Positions 1-11,649 of a DNA stretch of 64,000 bases are shown one piece after another. How positions within the stretch are numbered: the first letter of the stretch is position 1; each line of letters opens with the position of its first letter. Source of the stretch: Acanthopagrus schlegelii (taxonomy: Eukaryota); contig CM085480.1 in NCBI GenBank assembly GCA_041753875.1, positions 5,799,958 to 5,863,957 on the forward strand. Direction: 5' to 3'. The notes beneath the pieces were generated by a model. That model ran no database searches, was not told where the DNA came from, and was given only the letters and a program-made list of their open reading frames with translations. The translations under genes and the position numbers were made by a program.

Positions 1-473
1 TTAAATGAAGAGACACTCTGCAATTATGAATAACTAACGCTAGAGCAGCAGTTTAGCATATTTTGTCATTACAGTTAGAGAACTTAACAAGTCTTCCAAG
101 TTACGCAATAAATACAGTATGTTCTTTAATGAACAAACAGCAGTCGCCTCTACAAAGGCTTGATATTTTGTTGGTCCATGTGTCCAGCCTGACGAGTCGA
201 CGACCTGCCACCGGAGCGTTTGTTTGTCTTTAAAGAAGTTTTTTTTCTGGCCTTTTTGGGGAACTTACTAAAACAACTAATGCTGGACAATCTCTTCAGG
301 AAACACTACAAAGACACCTGTAAAGATGTGGGAGTGACTTGCTAACAATTCAGGACCCAGAAAAATGTGATTTCTCCGAGGCTGATGGACCTCTGTGATG
401 AAACGTTGTGTCAAATCTGTGTTCATGTCAGCGATAAACTTTGTCATGATTCTCTCTGTCACTGCCCTGACAG

Positions 474-630
474 GTACTGGAGAAAAGATGAGCCTAATAA
501 TGGTGGTGGAAATCCCCTGTGGGGTGAGGAGGACTGTGTACACATCAGATCTGGTGTGAATGCCAAAAACAGCTGGAATGATCTGCAGTGTGATACGTCT
601 CTGAAGTGGATCTGTGCCAAAATGTCATGA
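474..630 (+). CDS. Gene A (5' part lies upstream of the window): terminal CRD exon of a C-type lectin. It reads (V)YWRKDEPNNGGGNPLWGEEDCVHIRSGVNAKNSWNDLQCDTSLKWICAKMS*, with EPN and WND motifs.
   Basis: The acceptor is ctgacag|GTACTGG. The frame runs to TGA at 628-630. It is paralogous to exon 6 of genes B to E. C-type lectin hallmarks are present (EPN, GEEDC, WND, C-x-K-W-IC). Confidence 0.8.
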
Positions 631-1763
631 GTTTTGAAAGGACTTTCTTTCTTTTTTTCACGGAAAAGCTGAAATTGATTTGCTTGTTATTAATGTGAAC
701 TAGCTAAATTTAGCATTTGTACCCCTTATTCTATCATAAAGATTGGCTTTTAATAGGGAGATAGTAATAATAATAAAGTTGCTTGATCTCTTATCAGAAA
801 GGTCTGCATGTCATGTGTTGTGGAAATTCTACTTTGTGAGGTTGAGAGTTGCTAAGTCTCCGAAGAACATCAGACTTCAGCGTATGAATCAGATCTCTTT
901 AATAACATGCAGCGTGGAGAGAAGTTAAAAGCGTTCTCTCTCTAACTCTAAAATGTTATTGCTTAAGTACAGAAACAGAGAGGAGGTTACCTTCATTTAC
1001 AACAGCCATAAAACTTTTTCTTTACATAACAAAGACTCTTTGCTGTTTGGGTGTATCCTGTCCTTCCCAGGATAGTGACTCTTTGATGCAACAGATGGGA
1101 CAGCAAATGTCATCTTATCTACATTTCTGTATCTTCCCATGTAGGGGATGTGCCCCCACCTGTAGCTCTCTGACACCTCAATCAACATGACATTCTCCCC
1201 TCCTCCTCTCACATCCTCCTCTGACATCAGTCAATATGCCATTCTTTTCACCAAACAGTACAAAAATCCAACCAAAATCAATGGATCAGTGTAGATTTCA
1301 CTACTAGTTGGTGATCAACAGGCTCAGCACCTCAGAATTTGAGGCTACTCTCAAAATTCCAAAAGACATATTGGATATTTACTCTGGATATTTAATATGG
1401 TTGTTAATGTCCACATTATTAAACATCATGGCCAGGCATCTTTTTTAATTTCAACATAACCCTGTTGGAAATGTGTCACACAAGAAATATAATACAGCAA
1501 AATGACTTTCTTTATTTTATTGCCTCAGGTGACAACTATTCAACTTTAATGGAACAAAATAATTTAACATAACTTAATTAACTAGGTGCAGGTCCCTGTG
1601 AGGTGGGATAAACAAGAGGGTGACACACTGCAGATACTGCTCTGGGGACAGACCTTCACCCTCACCACCTGAGGAGACAGCAAACAAGACCGGCAGGGTG
1701 GGTTATACAGCAACGCAACGCAAAAAATAAGCTGAACCCAACACAACCACACACACGCATAGC

Positions 1764-2451
1764 CTACTTACGTGTCCCTGTCTTCAAGCGCAAGTTAAAT
1801 CCTTGAACATCTGATGCAATGCCACACTTCACATTGGCTCTTGCACAGGAGCATCCTCGGGCACACATGCTTTTCTTGCAGCGGCAGTATTTGCTACGTT
1901 TGAGTTCAGAAGGTTTTGCCTCTTTCAGCATCATGGTTGCCACCAATTTGCCATTGATATGTTGTCTCCCAAAATCAGTGGCAGTTGGTTAGGTTAGCTG
2001 AACCATGTGTGCTCGCTTACACACAGCCAACTGATGCTGGGCTCGGCAAAGGTGCGATAGGAAGGCATCTTCAGTTGGTGGAAGGCAACGCATCTTTCCT
2101 TTGATGCTCACAAAGAGAGGGGCTCGCAGTGCATCTACAGTACCACCAAAGTCACTCCTGTCATAGAGTGACACCATGTATCGCCGTGCAGCTGTTATAA
2201 CCTCCTCCTGAACATTCAGGCTTTCCTCAGGGTCACCGTACCTGCACAGCAGCAGAAGGTCTGTCAGTTGTGTAGACCTGCCTTTTTCCTCTTCTGTACA
2301 GATAGCTCACTGTGTCACATCCAGTAAGTATGTAGGTGCTGAGGAGAAGGCATATAAGATCTGAAGCTGTAACATCATACTTCCCCGCCAGAGTTTCAAG
2401 GATGGCATGAGCAGGTAGCAAGATATCCATCGTCTTCACCCACAGCTTCAA
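1764..2451 (-). pseudogene. Frameshifted ORF fragment of unknown, probably TE-derived, protein with a C-terminal tesmin/TSO1-like CXC motif (CRCKKSMCARGCSCARANVKC)
   Basis: Three consecutive minus-strand ORFs at 2451-2233, 2177-1989 and 1946-1764. The reading frame is restored by a one-nucleotide shift between the first two. The CxCKKSxC....CxC pattern resembles a CXC domain. Confidence 0.35.
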
Positions 2452-2815
2452 TCTACTGAATAAAGCTAATCTGTTGGGGAGGCATGGGCAGCTCAGAACA
2501 AGTCACTTCCTGCAGGATGCACACTTATTCTTGGTGGAATCTTTTGTGATCCTGGTCGCACTGTCCTCTTGTCAGCGGATTGTCAGGTTGAGCTCTCAGA
2601 ACTTTCCTATGAGAAACATGAGGAGGCAGATACCAGGATGTTTGCTCACATTGCATACTGTAAATTATGCACCACAAATGGGCTGTAGTGGTTGCGACAG
2701 ACTCAGATGTGATCATGATGTGCATGTACTGCATCACACACATGGATGGGCTGCAGGAGCTGTGAGAGAAGACGATGGATATCTTCCTACCTGTCCATAC
2801 CATCACAGAAGCTCT

Positions 2816-2841
2816 TGTGTGCGTGTGTGTGTGTGTGTGTT
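2816..2841. repeat. (GT)13 microsatellite
   Basis: Direct reading. It produces the HTHTHT artifact in ORF 2525-3067. Confidence 0.9.
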
Positions 2842-4502
2842 TGAAATCAAAGCAAAATAGAACCTCCACAGCAACATTCCATTCCGGACCTATATTAAGG
2901 GCAAGTTCACAGGACAACAATTCTTCAGTCTGATTTTCCATCGAACGCAGACACAGCCGTGTTATTGTGAGAAAGAAAAGTGAGGAACGACGTGACGATA
3001 TCTGTTTATCAGAGACAGCATTTTTCTGAGACAGAATAGCCAAACGAAATGGGAAAGACTTATCCAAGAGCTCAAAGACACCAAAGAGCAGCTGAGGAAG
3101 CAGAAATCCTTGAAGGGAATGTATCTCAACAGGGGGAAAGGGACCACCAGAGAGCTGGAGCGGCTGAGAAAGTACAGCGATGAGTTAACTCTCCGCAATG
3201 CAAAGATAGCTACTCAGGTGAGGGACAACACCAGGCAGAAGGATGTTATAAAGATTACGAGGAGCTGAAGGTTGCCCATTTAATTAACAAGGAGAAGTTT
3301 CAAGCTGACCTCCAGGCAGAGAGGCATGCGTCTGTTCATGATACATGCATACCAAATGTCATTCATGTATGCATGTAGGAAGGGGAGCTTGGATTTTTAA
3401 AACACCTTTGATCAGTTATCCTCAGGAGGGCATTGGCAATAATTGTACAGTTTCGTGTTAATCTTACCTACCAATGTGGAGATATAAAATACTGCAATTT
3501 AAAGAGCGCTACCTTGTGGTCATCGCCCAAAATTTTGCACAGAGTCTCAGGGGCTCATGGGGAAGTAGTCACCTGAGTTTCATGTCATTCAGACCCACCA
3601 ATGTGGAGATATGCAACACTTCCACTTTGGAACAAAATCTGCAGGAAGTTGTTATTTAATGACTTGAGTATTGTTTGGAATCTCAAAATTATTTTAATAA
3701 CTTTTTGTCAGGAGGGTCAATAGATACTGTGTGTAAAGTTTGGTGCAAATCGGTGAAATCGCCTGAGAGGAGTTGGAAAAAGTAGGTTTGCGAAGTTTTG
3801 CGAATTTGCTGAAAAAAATGGCAGGCAGAAATGGGCGTGGCTTATATCATGAGATTAAGCACAATTCAGTGAATGTATGGATATAAAGCTTTTGAATGTG
3901 TGACAAAGTATAAGAATTATAAGCCAAAACACACTTTCCTTGATTATAGTGCCACCTAATGGTGGAAATTACGGATGGCAATAGATTATGAAATTTTCTG
4001 GCAGGTGTGACGTTTATTCAAAGTTTAGTGAGTTTTGGGGCATGTTCAGGCAGTGAAAAATGCAGACAAAAAATCGACACTGCAAAAACAAAAGGGCCCG
4101 AGCAGGTCTCGACCTGCGAGGTCCCTGTAAAGATGGGTTTTTAATATAAAAATGGGTTCTAGAGGTTCAGCACACATTAATTCACTCCTGTTTTGAGGTA
4201 GTTTAAAGTCAGCGATCCAACATGAAATATTCCATTAATTCATCCTGAAATATATATGCAATGTATCGCAACCATTTCAAGGTTTTAGAAAAGGTTCAAT
4301 TGAAAAGGACCACAGACAGTCGCGTGCCATTACACAGATGTGGAACTTAAAGGTATTGAGCTGGTGGTGGATGTTTCCTGTGCAAGCTATTTTGTCACCT
4401 CTAAAAACTGATGACTTCCTGAAAACCGTGAGAGACGTTGAATCCACCATCATCATATACATGCGCTGACCGTTTAGGAGAGAGCTGGTTACCTTTTGAG
4501 CG

Positions 4503-4572
4503 ATGGAGGAGATCTATGCAAATGTTGATTACAACAAGCCTGTCGACCCAACACCTTCAACAAATCAGACAG
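4503..4572 (+). CDS. Gene B exon 1: cytoplasmic tail MEEIYANVDYNKPVDPTPSTNQT, exits in phase 1
   Basis: ATG at 4503, followed by the donor cag|GTAAGA. The same exon recurs at 18584, 36572 and 50700. Confidence 0.75.
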
Positions 4573-4666
4573 GTAAGAATGCTCACTCACACACATGGGT
4601 TGTGCATATTGATGTTGTGTATTATCCTGTGTTATGATCATGATATCATGTCCTCTCTGTGTTCAG

Positions 4667-4768
4667 GTCCCAGGAGCTCAGAGAGCAGGCTTCATGGAGC
4701 CGTGGTTCTCTGTCTGGGGCTGCTCAGTGTTGTCCTGCTGGTTGGACTCATCAGCCTCGGTGTCACCT
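4667..4768 (+). CDS. Gene B exon 2: signal-anchor/TM segment GPRSSESRLHGAVVLCLGLLSVVLLVGLISLGVT
   Basis: Acceptor tgttcag|GTCC and donor cct|GTGAGT. It is 102 nt long and keeps the phase. The hydrophobic stretch fits a type II membrane anchor. Confidence 0.8.
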
Positions 4769-5178
4769 GTGAGTCTGTTTTTCATCAGTCAGTGTCGGGG
4801 TGAACTTGTGAGAGATGCTCGTGTCTTTATGAATATGATTTTACAGCCATGGTAAATATATTCCAGCAGCTAACGCAGCAAAATGACATATTTGAACATC
4901 TGTGGATGATGAAGAGATGAACCATGTTTGAATTCAGGTGCAGGTTGCTCAGTATTTAGATATTTGCTGGGGAAACATCAGAGCATATTATTATAAAGAC
5001 TGTACATCACTGTTTGGACTTCAAATTCATTTCAGCCCTCAGGTTGATATTTCATAGACTGCATGAGCAGAATGAACATCTTCCTCTGTCAGGACAAATT
5101 AGGATGATTTTGACTCAAATATAGAACCTTTAGTCAGTATTGGTATCAATGCATGAGTGAATCTTGATTTAATTTCAG

Positions 5179-5304
5179 ACCGGGATTTAGCTGCAGAACA
5201 CTCCACTGTCAAAGCCAACCTGACGGAGCGTCTCCAGGCCAGTAATGACAAGCTGTCCTCAGTATCCAAAGAGCTGGACAGACTTCAGAGTTTGTCCAAA
5301 CAGA
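5179..5304 (+). CDS. Gene B exon 3: coiled-coil neck (Y)RDLAAEHSTVKANLTERLQASNDKLSSVSKELDRLQSLSKQ
   Basis: Acceptor aatttcag|AC and donor caga|GTGAGT. It is 126 nt long and phase-consistent. The sequence has a heptad-like leucine pattern. Confidence 0.8.
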
Positions 5305-5894
5305 GTGAGTGCTCGCCTGCCTGTGTGTGTTCTGCACAGCTGTCTGTTAACATGAAGGACAGGAGCTGCCACGGCCTCATTTATAGAACACCTATATACA
5401 GAGACTGTGCTGATCAGACACTCTCACTTCTGTCAGTTACATTTATGGCCGGTTTGACTTGTACCAATAACTTTATTTATTTTTTAATTCCTTCAAGCAG
5501 GAATATATATATAAGTTAAAGCACCTTTTTACTTGGATATCTTAACAAGTTCCAGATTATAGTGTTTTTTTTAATGCTATGTCTTCAGTGTGGCCACTGA
5601 CTCTGTGACAGGATCCTTCCTCAGCTTCACACTTTCACTTCCCTATAAGGTTGTGAACCACCTAATGAAAGTGCAGCCTTTTCTAGGGTGGAATACAATA
5701 TTTTTCGCTCTATGAAGATTGTTCCTTTTTTTCGAGCAATTAAAAAAAATGATCTAGTCAATTACAAGCTTTGTGATTAATTAATCAAAATCAATCACAT
5801 ATGGAGCCGATATTTTAACCTTCAGTCCTCCGGTTGTATACAAATTCATAATTGCACAAAACATTGCTCCTGTAAATAGTTCCATGGGCATTTT

Positions 5895-6300
5895 AATGCA
5901 GCACCACTCCATTGTGGTTTGGTATTAATATCCATGCTAAACTTTTCAAATGCATTCATTCCTGTAGTAGTCTATTCTTTATAGTACATACATTCTAAAT
6001 GTCTATTTTTATTCCAGTGTCATAAAGAGGCCGTCTTTGTAGCAGGAATATTGGTCAGGTCGAAGCATTTATGTGTGCAGCGTTTGAGTCCGGGACAAAT
6101 TTCATCAGGGGGGACAGCAGAGTGTATTGTCATCTTCATTGACATCATTCAGCAGGAAAATTATTCTTGAAATTAAACGTGCAAATAACAACAGAAACAG
6201 CTGACAGGCCCTTACACAAAAAGTGAAGACATAAATTAAAGCGGACATCTGCTGCGACAATTTCTTATATACAGGCCACTCATTTAAAGAAAAAAATGAA
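5895..6300. repeat. Interspersed repeat family (about 400-450 bp)
   Basis: A homologous copy lies at 34840-35290. It differs from this one, so it is not a tandem-duplication duplicate. A fragment lies at 16960-17010. Copy-2 duplicates lie at 37965-38370 and 49090-49140. Confidence 0.55.
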
Positions 6301-7819
6301 ATAATAGATGTCTACCAAACTGAGATAAAAGCAGTCCATGGTTATGTTTTCTAACTTTAGCCGCTATATACATGTAATAAACATGCAAATGAATAGAACA
6401 CTCTTTTAAAGGTCCCATATTATACTGTTTTTCATGTATTTCACACAGCTGTCAGAGGTCCAACAACACTGTATTCGATATGCATTGCCCCAAACCATCC
6501 ATAGTCCTGAATTTCAGCTGTCTAAAAGTCCCTCAATTGAGCTCTACTGAATGCAGGCTGTTCAGGCTGCAGGCTAATGAGCTCTGTCTTGCCTGTTACA
6601 CACCCCTCTCCGGGGGAGGATGACGCTTGCGCTACCGGTAGCATGCACTTGTGTTTTGCAGTGGATGTATGGCTATGGCTCGCGGTGATGCTTTTGTTCA
6701 ACCATACCAGTTTGACCCAGAACTGGACCCAGAAGGAGAGGCTCCTGAGGAAGTACAGACCTTGTGGCTGCAGCAGGATGTTTCAGAATGGTTAGTGTGT
6801 CTGAATGATGTTAGTTTGTTCATATGTATTACAATTACTGCCATGTAGCTAATGGCTAACAGCTAGTGAAAGCTGTGTTTGTCTCCAACACAGTCTCTAA
6901 ACTCTTGGACACTGTTAGCATCGTCTCTGTCTCCAGTCTGCACGTTTCCAGATTTTTTACTGTGACAACCAAGCTCCATCATGAAATTATTAATATTAAA
7001 CTCACTTGAAACACAATTGCATTGTGGACCAAAGCAGAGCTAACGATTAACTAACCAAGTTCCAGCTGACCTCACCACTCGTAGGTAACTGTAAACACTA
7101 TCAAACCGCAGCGACACTTACCTGTGGCTCAGGTGCAGTTGCTGGGTCCGGTATGGTTGGGACTGATCTTTGTGCGAGGGTCAGTGTCGAGGCAAAGCCA
7201 GCTTTGTACTGACACTCGTTACTGAAGCTGTCTGATGTTAAGTGGTTAGCACACACACACAAACTAACACAACCCGTAGCCGGCACGTTGTCGTTAAAAA
7301 ATGAAACGCAACCACTGTCTCCTCTGTTGTTCTGTAGCTGGGACAGAATATAGGCACTGATGTTGATTTTTACAACCAACAATAGAGTAATTTGCGTGTC
7401 TAACTCTGAGCGACGACATTGCGAAACATTGCTATCTTACAGCTGGACACACCGAACTTCACCTTGGGGATGGACGCCCCCCTCTCGGATATCTACTATC
7501 ATTGTGCAGAGGAAGCCTGTCTATGTAAATGGCTACTTTCATTACGTAATGAAAGGAGCTGAATCTCAACAGACTGTAGGAGCGCTGTTTTACCAGTGGG
7601 TGGGCTGCAGAGACCATGCAGGAATCTGGTTTTACCAGTGGGTGGGCTGCAGAGACCATGCAGGACTCGTTTGCTTTCCTCATTCTGGGAGTTGGCAGGC
7701 TCAGGGAGGACCAGCTTATATATGTAGACACCAGAGAAAATGTGTTTTTCATAATATGGGACCTTTAAATGAACGTCAGGCCACTTCTTTGCATTTCAAA
7801 GTCACATGCGTAAAATAAA

Positions 7820-7970
7820 GTTGGATTCTGGAGGTTCCCCACACATTCATTCACTCCTGTTTTGAGGTAGTTTAAAGTCAATGATCCAACATGAAATAAT
7901 CCATTCATTCCTCCTAAAATCAAATCTATATCATCCAACTATTTCAAGGTTTTAGGTTTTATTTTTCGTA
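7820..7970. repeat. Short interspersed element (about 150 bp, SINE/MITE-like) with core CACACATTCATTCACTCCTGTTTTGAGGTAGTTTAAAGTCA
   Basis: The same about 150-bp sequence occurs at 4150-4300 and 39888-40038. A partial copy lies at 36250-36345. The two partial copies sit at the left edges of the duplicated segments. Confidence 0.6.
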
Positions 7971-8369
7971 TTCATTTTTACCTTCGAAGGTGTTAGTTAA
8001 GGTTTGGGTTTTTAGGAAGAAAGAAAACAGCCTTGTAGAATGAACATGTTTTTACAGTTCAAACGGGGAAAGAGGTGGGACCAACTCTTCAACACATCTT
8101 AATGACGTAACAATGCGCAAATCTTCAGTAGAGATCAATACCTTCCATTTCAAAGATTTAAAGGTTTTTGTTACATAAAAAAGATTCTGATTTTGATGAG
8201 TTATTTTGTTCCATTATGATTAAAGCAAATATAAATTAGTAGTGAATATCAGTTTGAACATCAGATAACAACAGTTTCATCCAAAGAACATACACTTAAT
8301 CCACAACCTCCCAAGCTGAGCAACATGGACCTTGTCTGATCTTTAACGTCACTTTGATGCTTTTTCCAG

Positions 8370-8512
8370 AGAGAACTTGTCCTGCAGGATGGCAGATGTT
8401 CAGTTGCACCTGCTATCTCTTCTCCACTAAGACTGATTCTTGGGAAAATGGCAGACAAGACTGCAGAGACAGAGGAGCAGAGCTGGTGACCATTGACACT
8501 GATGAAGAACAG
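8370..8512 (+). CDS. Gene B exon 4: CRD exon 1 (K)RTCPAGWQMFSCTCYLFSTKTDSWENGRQDCRDRGAELVTIDTDEEQ
   Basis: Acceptor ttccag|AG and donor aacag|GTAGTG. It is 143 nt long and ends in phase 0. The CPxGW start and Cys pattern mark a C-type lectin-like domain. Confidence 0.85.
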
Positions 8513-10667
8513 GTAGTGAGGAGTTTTTCCTTACAGAGCCTCGATAGATTGTAAAGTCCTCTGAGACAAATTTGTGACTTGTAAATAAAATTGACTCCTA
8601 CATGCCTTCTTACCTTCCTACATACTTTATGCGCACCTCCGTTTTTGCCCCCCAAAAAAGTAAAGGAACAAATTACTGAGAGACAGAGAGATCACACAAC
8701 ATTAATCAGAAACAGTCAGCGAGCCTGGCAGGAGTTGAGCCACTTGACAGAACGCACAAAAGTGAGATTCTTATGGTGAGTGCACATGAGGACAAGATGG
8801 GCAGCTCCCTCCAGCCAATGTCTCTGTTCTTGGAGGGCGAAAACAACGGCCCTTTGCCAATGTTGCAGGGGTCATGAGAGGAAAGCACAGGCAGGAAGCT
8901 TTTGTTCATTGCTGTGACAGGACGGCTCCTGCTCCGGTGTCAGAGGAGTCAACCTCTGGATCCAAATATTGATACCAACGTTGGTGTTGACTTTGCTCCT
9001 CCTACCCCCTCTTCTGTTTTGATGTTCTGTACTGTCACATGACTCAGCAGCACTAGGCAAACAAGCAGACAGAGCAGAAGAATGGCAGAGAGGAAGAGGA
9101 GCACCACGTGGCTATATTTTCAGGCCGTAAATGAAGCAACTGCAAGCTGTATAATTTGCAAAAAGGCTGTAAGATAAAGTAGTAACACAAGAAGGGCTAC
9201 AGAAACAGAGCCCAGGCCCCCGACCCAGAGGCAGAGGTCATTGGCAGAGGCCTTTCAGTCTGGCAGAGAATATAGTGGTGAAAGTAGTATTTTAGTCATC
9301 TTTGGGATTAGTTAATATTAATTTTCAAAGTGAAACTGGTCTGGTCTTGTATAAATTATGCTAAGACCTTGATATAATAGATTTATCCCATTAAAACACA
9401 TTTAAATGAATACATTTACTGGAATTGAAACAAATATAGTGAATATAATATGAGTCAGATTTGATTGAGTAAAATTTGCCTTTTGTGTTAACTGTGTATG
9501 CTTACTATAATCAAACTTCAAGTGGATGTTTTTCACACTTTATTATTTTATCATTTCACTTAGCTGATTCCCCAAGAGTTTCCGAACACTCTCCCTACAA
9601 AAAATAACACACAGAGGAGCCTGCTGTGCACCAGCAGACTTGTAACCACGGTAACGGAGGATGCCAGATAACCAAGATGTCACATTCAAATAACAACAAC
9701 TTAATCCCTGATTGTTCTATTTCTAGTACCACTAAATTTAAATGACGAGTGCCTCATGCAGATCACTGTAGTAACCCGAGTAACAAACAATATTCCTCAC
9801 ATTGCGGTAGACAGAGTTACCGTGAAATCATTATCCAGTGCAATGTGGAAATGTTAATTCTTTAAACCAATTCAACCACTTCAGAGCGTCCTGAACACAA
9901 ACTAATGTTATAACCACCCAGTCACTTGAAAGGCACTTTTGCTAACCAGTAGCCATAAAGACAGAGCTAAACACTGGAGTTAGTATACAAGCTAACAAGT
10001 TAGATTTACCATCAAGCTTCGGAGCTCGACTGCAACAGGGGTCCTTACTTGTCCAGCAGAAAAGCCACTAACTCTGCGCTGCTCTTGAGTCCTTACAAAT
10101 CCCACAGTTCCCTCCACCTCTGAAATGACGCTCCGATATTTATCCTTGTTTTCTCTGTGGCTCAGTCCAATTCTGTCCTTTTACACTGCTTTTCTTCCTC
10201 AGTCTTCTCATTTCTTCTCTTTGACATGGGCAGTGGTGGGGCATTGTTCAGCTCTGTTGTTGTTGTCTGTTCTCCACCATTATTTACAGTTTAGGCTTGA
10301 ACTTATCTGACCAGGGTGAGAGCAGGCATGGTGCCTGCTTGGGGGAGGGGTACAGCCCAGTACATGCTGCATGAGGGAGGGGGGCTGCCAGCAGCATGCA
10401 CATGAGTGATTGATACTTCTCAGCCACTCCCCTTAGCTGTGATTGGTTGTACTGAGCCATAGCACAATATAACATCTGCAAATCAAATTGGGGCCACTGG
10501 GTGGAGCCACAGACAGTGGATTTGTGCACAGCTGACCTGTATCTTATTCAGGTGCTCATAAAAGTTTGATATGAATGTTATTGTATTGCTCAGATGAATC
10601 CCTATTAAATGTAATATGGTTCAGAATTAACTGGAAATAATGGCTTTATTTCCTTTACTTCGGACAG

Positions 10668-10771
10668 GAATTCATCTCTAAAATCATCAAGGAAGATACT
10701 TGGATTGGTTTGAATGACAGAGACAAGGAGGGGACCTGGAGATGGATAGATGGAACTCCGCCAACTGTGGT
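10668..10771 (+). CDS. Gene B exon 5: CRD exon 2 EFISKIIKEDTWIGLNDRDKEGTWRWIDGTPPTV(V)
   Basis: Acceptor cggacag|GAATTC and donor gtggt|GTAAGG. It is 104 nt long. The WIGL and WxWxDG motifs are present. Confidence 0.85.
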
Positions 10772-10875
10772 GTAAGGCAAACAGTAGCAGACTCTACATT
10801 ACTAGAGTCATTTCTGTCTGATTGAACAATTGTTATCAGAATCCGACTGACTCACTTCCTTTAATAACCTCCTAG

Positions 10876-11032
10876 GTACTGGTTTGAAACACAGCCTGAT
10901 AATGGTGGTGGAAACCCAAAGTGGGGCGAAGAGGACTGTATACACCTCATATTTGGTGAGAATGCCAAAAGGAACTGGAATGATCTGCGATGTGACAAGT
11001 CTCTGAAGTGGATCTGTGCCAAAATGCCTTAG
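10876..11032 (+). CDS. Gene B exon 6: CRD exon 3 YWFETQPDNGGGNPKWGEEDCIHLIFGENAKRNWNDLRCDKSLKWICAKMP*, with QPD and WND
   Basis: Acceptor cctcctag|GTACTGG, with TAG at 11030-11032. The frame is continuous with exon 5. Confidence 0.85.
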
Positions 11033-11186
11033 TTTTGAAACAAAGCAATGACAATGAAAGTGAGATGATTATGAAAATGTCAGAGAGAGAAAGAGTAGAC
11101 AACATGTTTAGGGGTGTTATTGAGCATTTAGCATGTGTATACCTTATTCTATCATAAAGACAGGCTGTTAATAGGAGGATAATAAT

Positions 11187-11192
11187 AATAAA
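11187..11192 (+). promoter_or_regulatory. AATAAA polyadenylation signal in the gene B 3'UTR
   Basis: A second AATAAA lies at 11251-11256. A conserved 3'UTR block with AATAAA is shared with gene A at 772-777 and gene C at 31922-31927. Confidence 0.5.
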
Positions 11193-11649
11193 GTTGCTTG
11201 ATATCATATCTGAAGGATCTGCATGTCTTGTCAAAATTCTTGTTGCACAAAATAAATGCAGCAGCCAGTTTCCACGACACAGCCAAGAGCTTTCAGTGTA
11301 AGAACCCTAATGTATTTGTACTTAACTTTTCAAGGTGATGATACTGTACACAAGATATCTGATGTGAAAGTTACTATGTTGTTCCCCATCAAATAGAATG
11401 TATGTTCCTGAAAGAGCTCATGTAGCTCTAATTCTAACTCTGGTGACAAGACTACACAACTTAACAACCCAAGTATGCTTATACTTAATTTTTTTCAGTC
11501 AGGACAACTTGTTCAATAAAGACCTTTATGCTAACATTCACCGCTTTGACCAATTCAGACGCACCAATTTTTCTAACTATTATGACCCCTCTCTCAAATT
11601 AGTTACTATAACATTTCAAAGTCCATCTCTAAATTTCTAAAGCTATGAT

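Noticed and set aside
277-543. 88-aa minus-strand ORF overlapping gene A's last exon; similar antisense ORFs occur at 10947-11234, 31408-31680 and 43015-43302
   Set aside because: They are antisense to CRD exons. The + frame encodes the conserved lectin motifs.
2525-3067. 180-aa minus-strand ORF
   Set aside because: It contains the translated (GT)n microsatellite (HTHTHTHT) and has no domain features. It is probably spurious.
3061-3240. Coiled-coil-like + reading frame (IQELKDTKEQLRKQKSLKG...ELERLRKYSDELTLRNAKIATQV)
   Set aside because: It has no start codon, is short, and is not bounded by convincing splice sites. It is possibly a pseudo-exon or captured fragment, but this cannot be supported.
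4438-4803. 121-aa + ORF (MNPPSSYTCADRLGESW...), repeated at 18516, 36504 and 50632
   Set aside because: It reads through exon 1, intron 1 and exon 2 of the lectin gene in the wrong frame. The true coding frame (MEEIYANVDY.. and GPRSSE..) is supported by splice sites and by phase continuity into the CRD exons.
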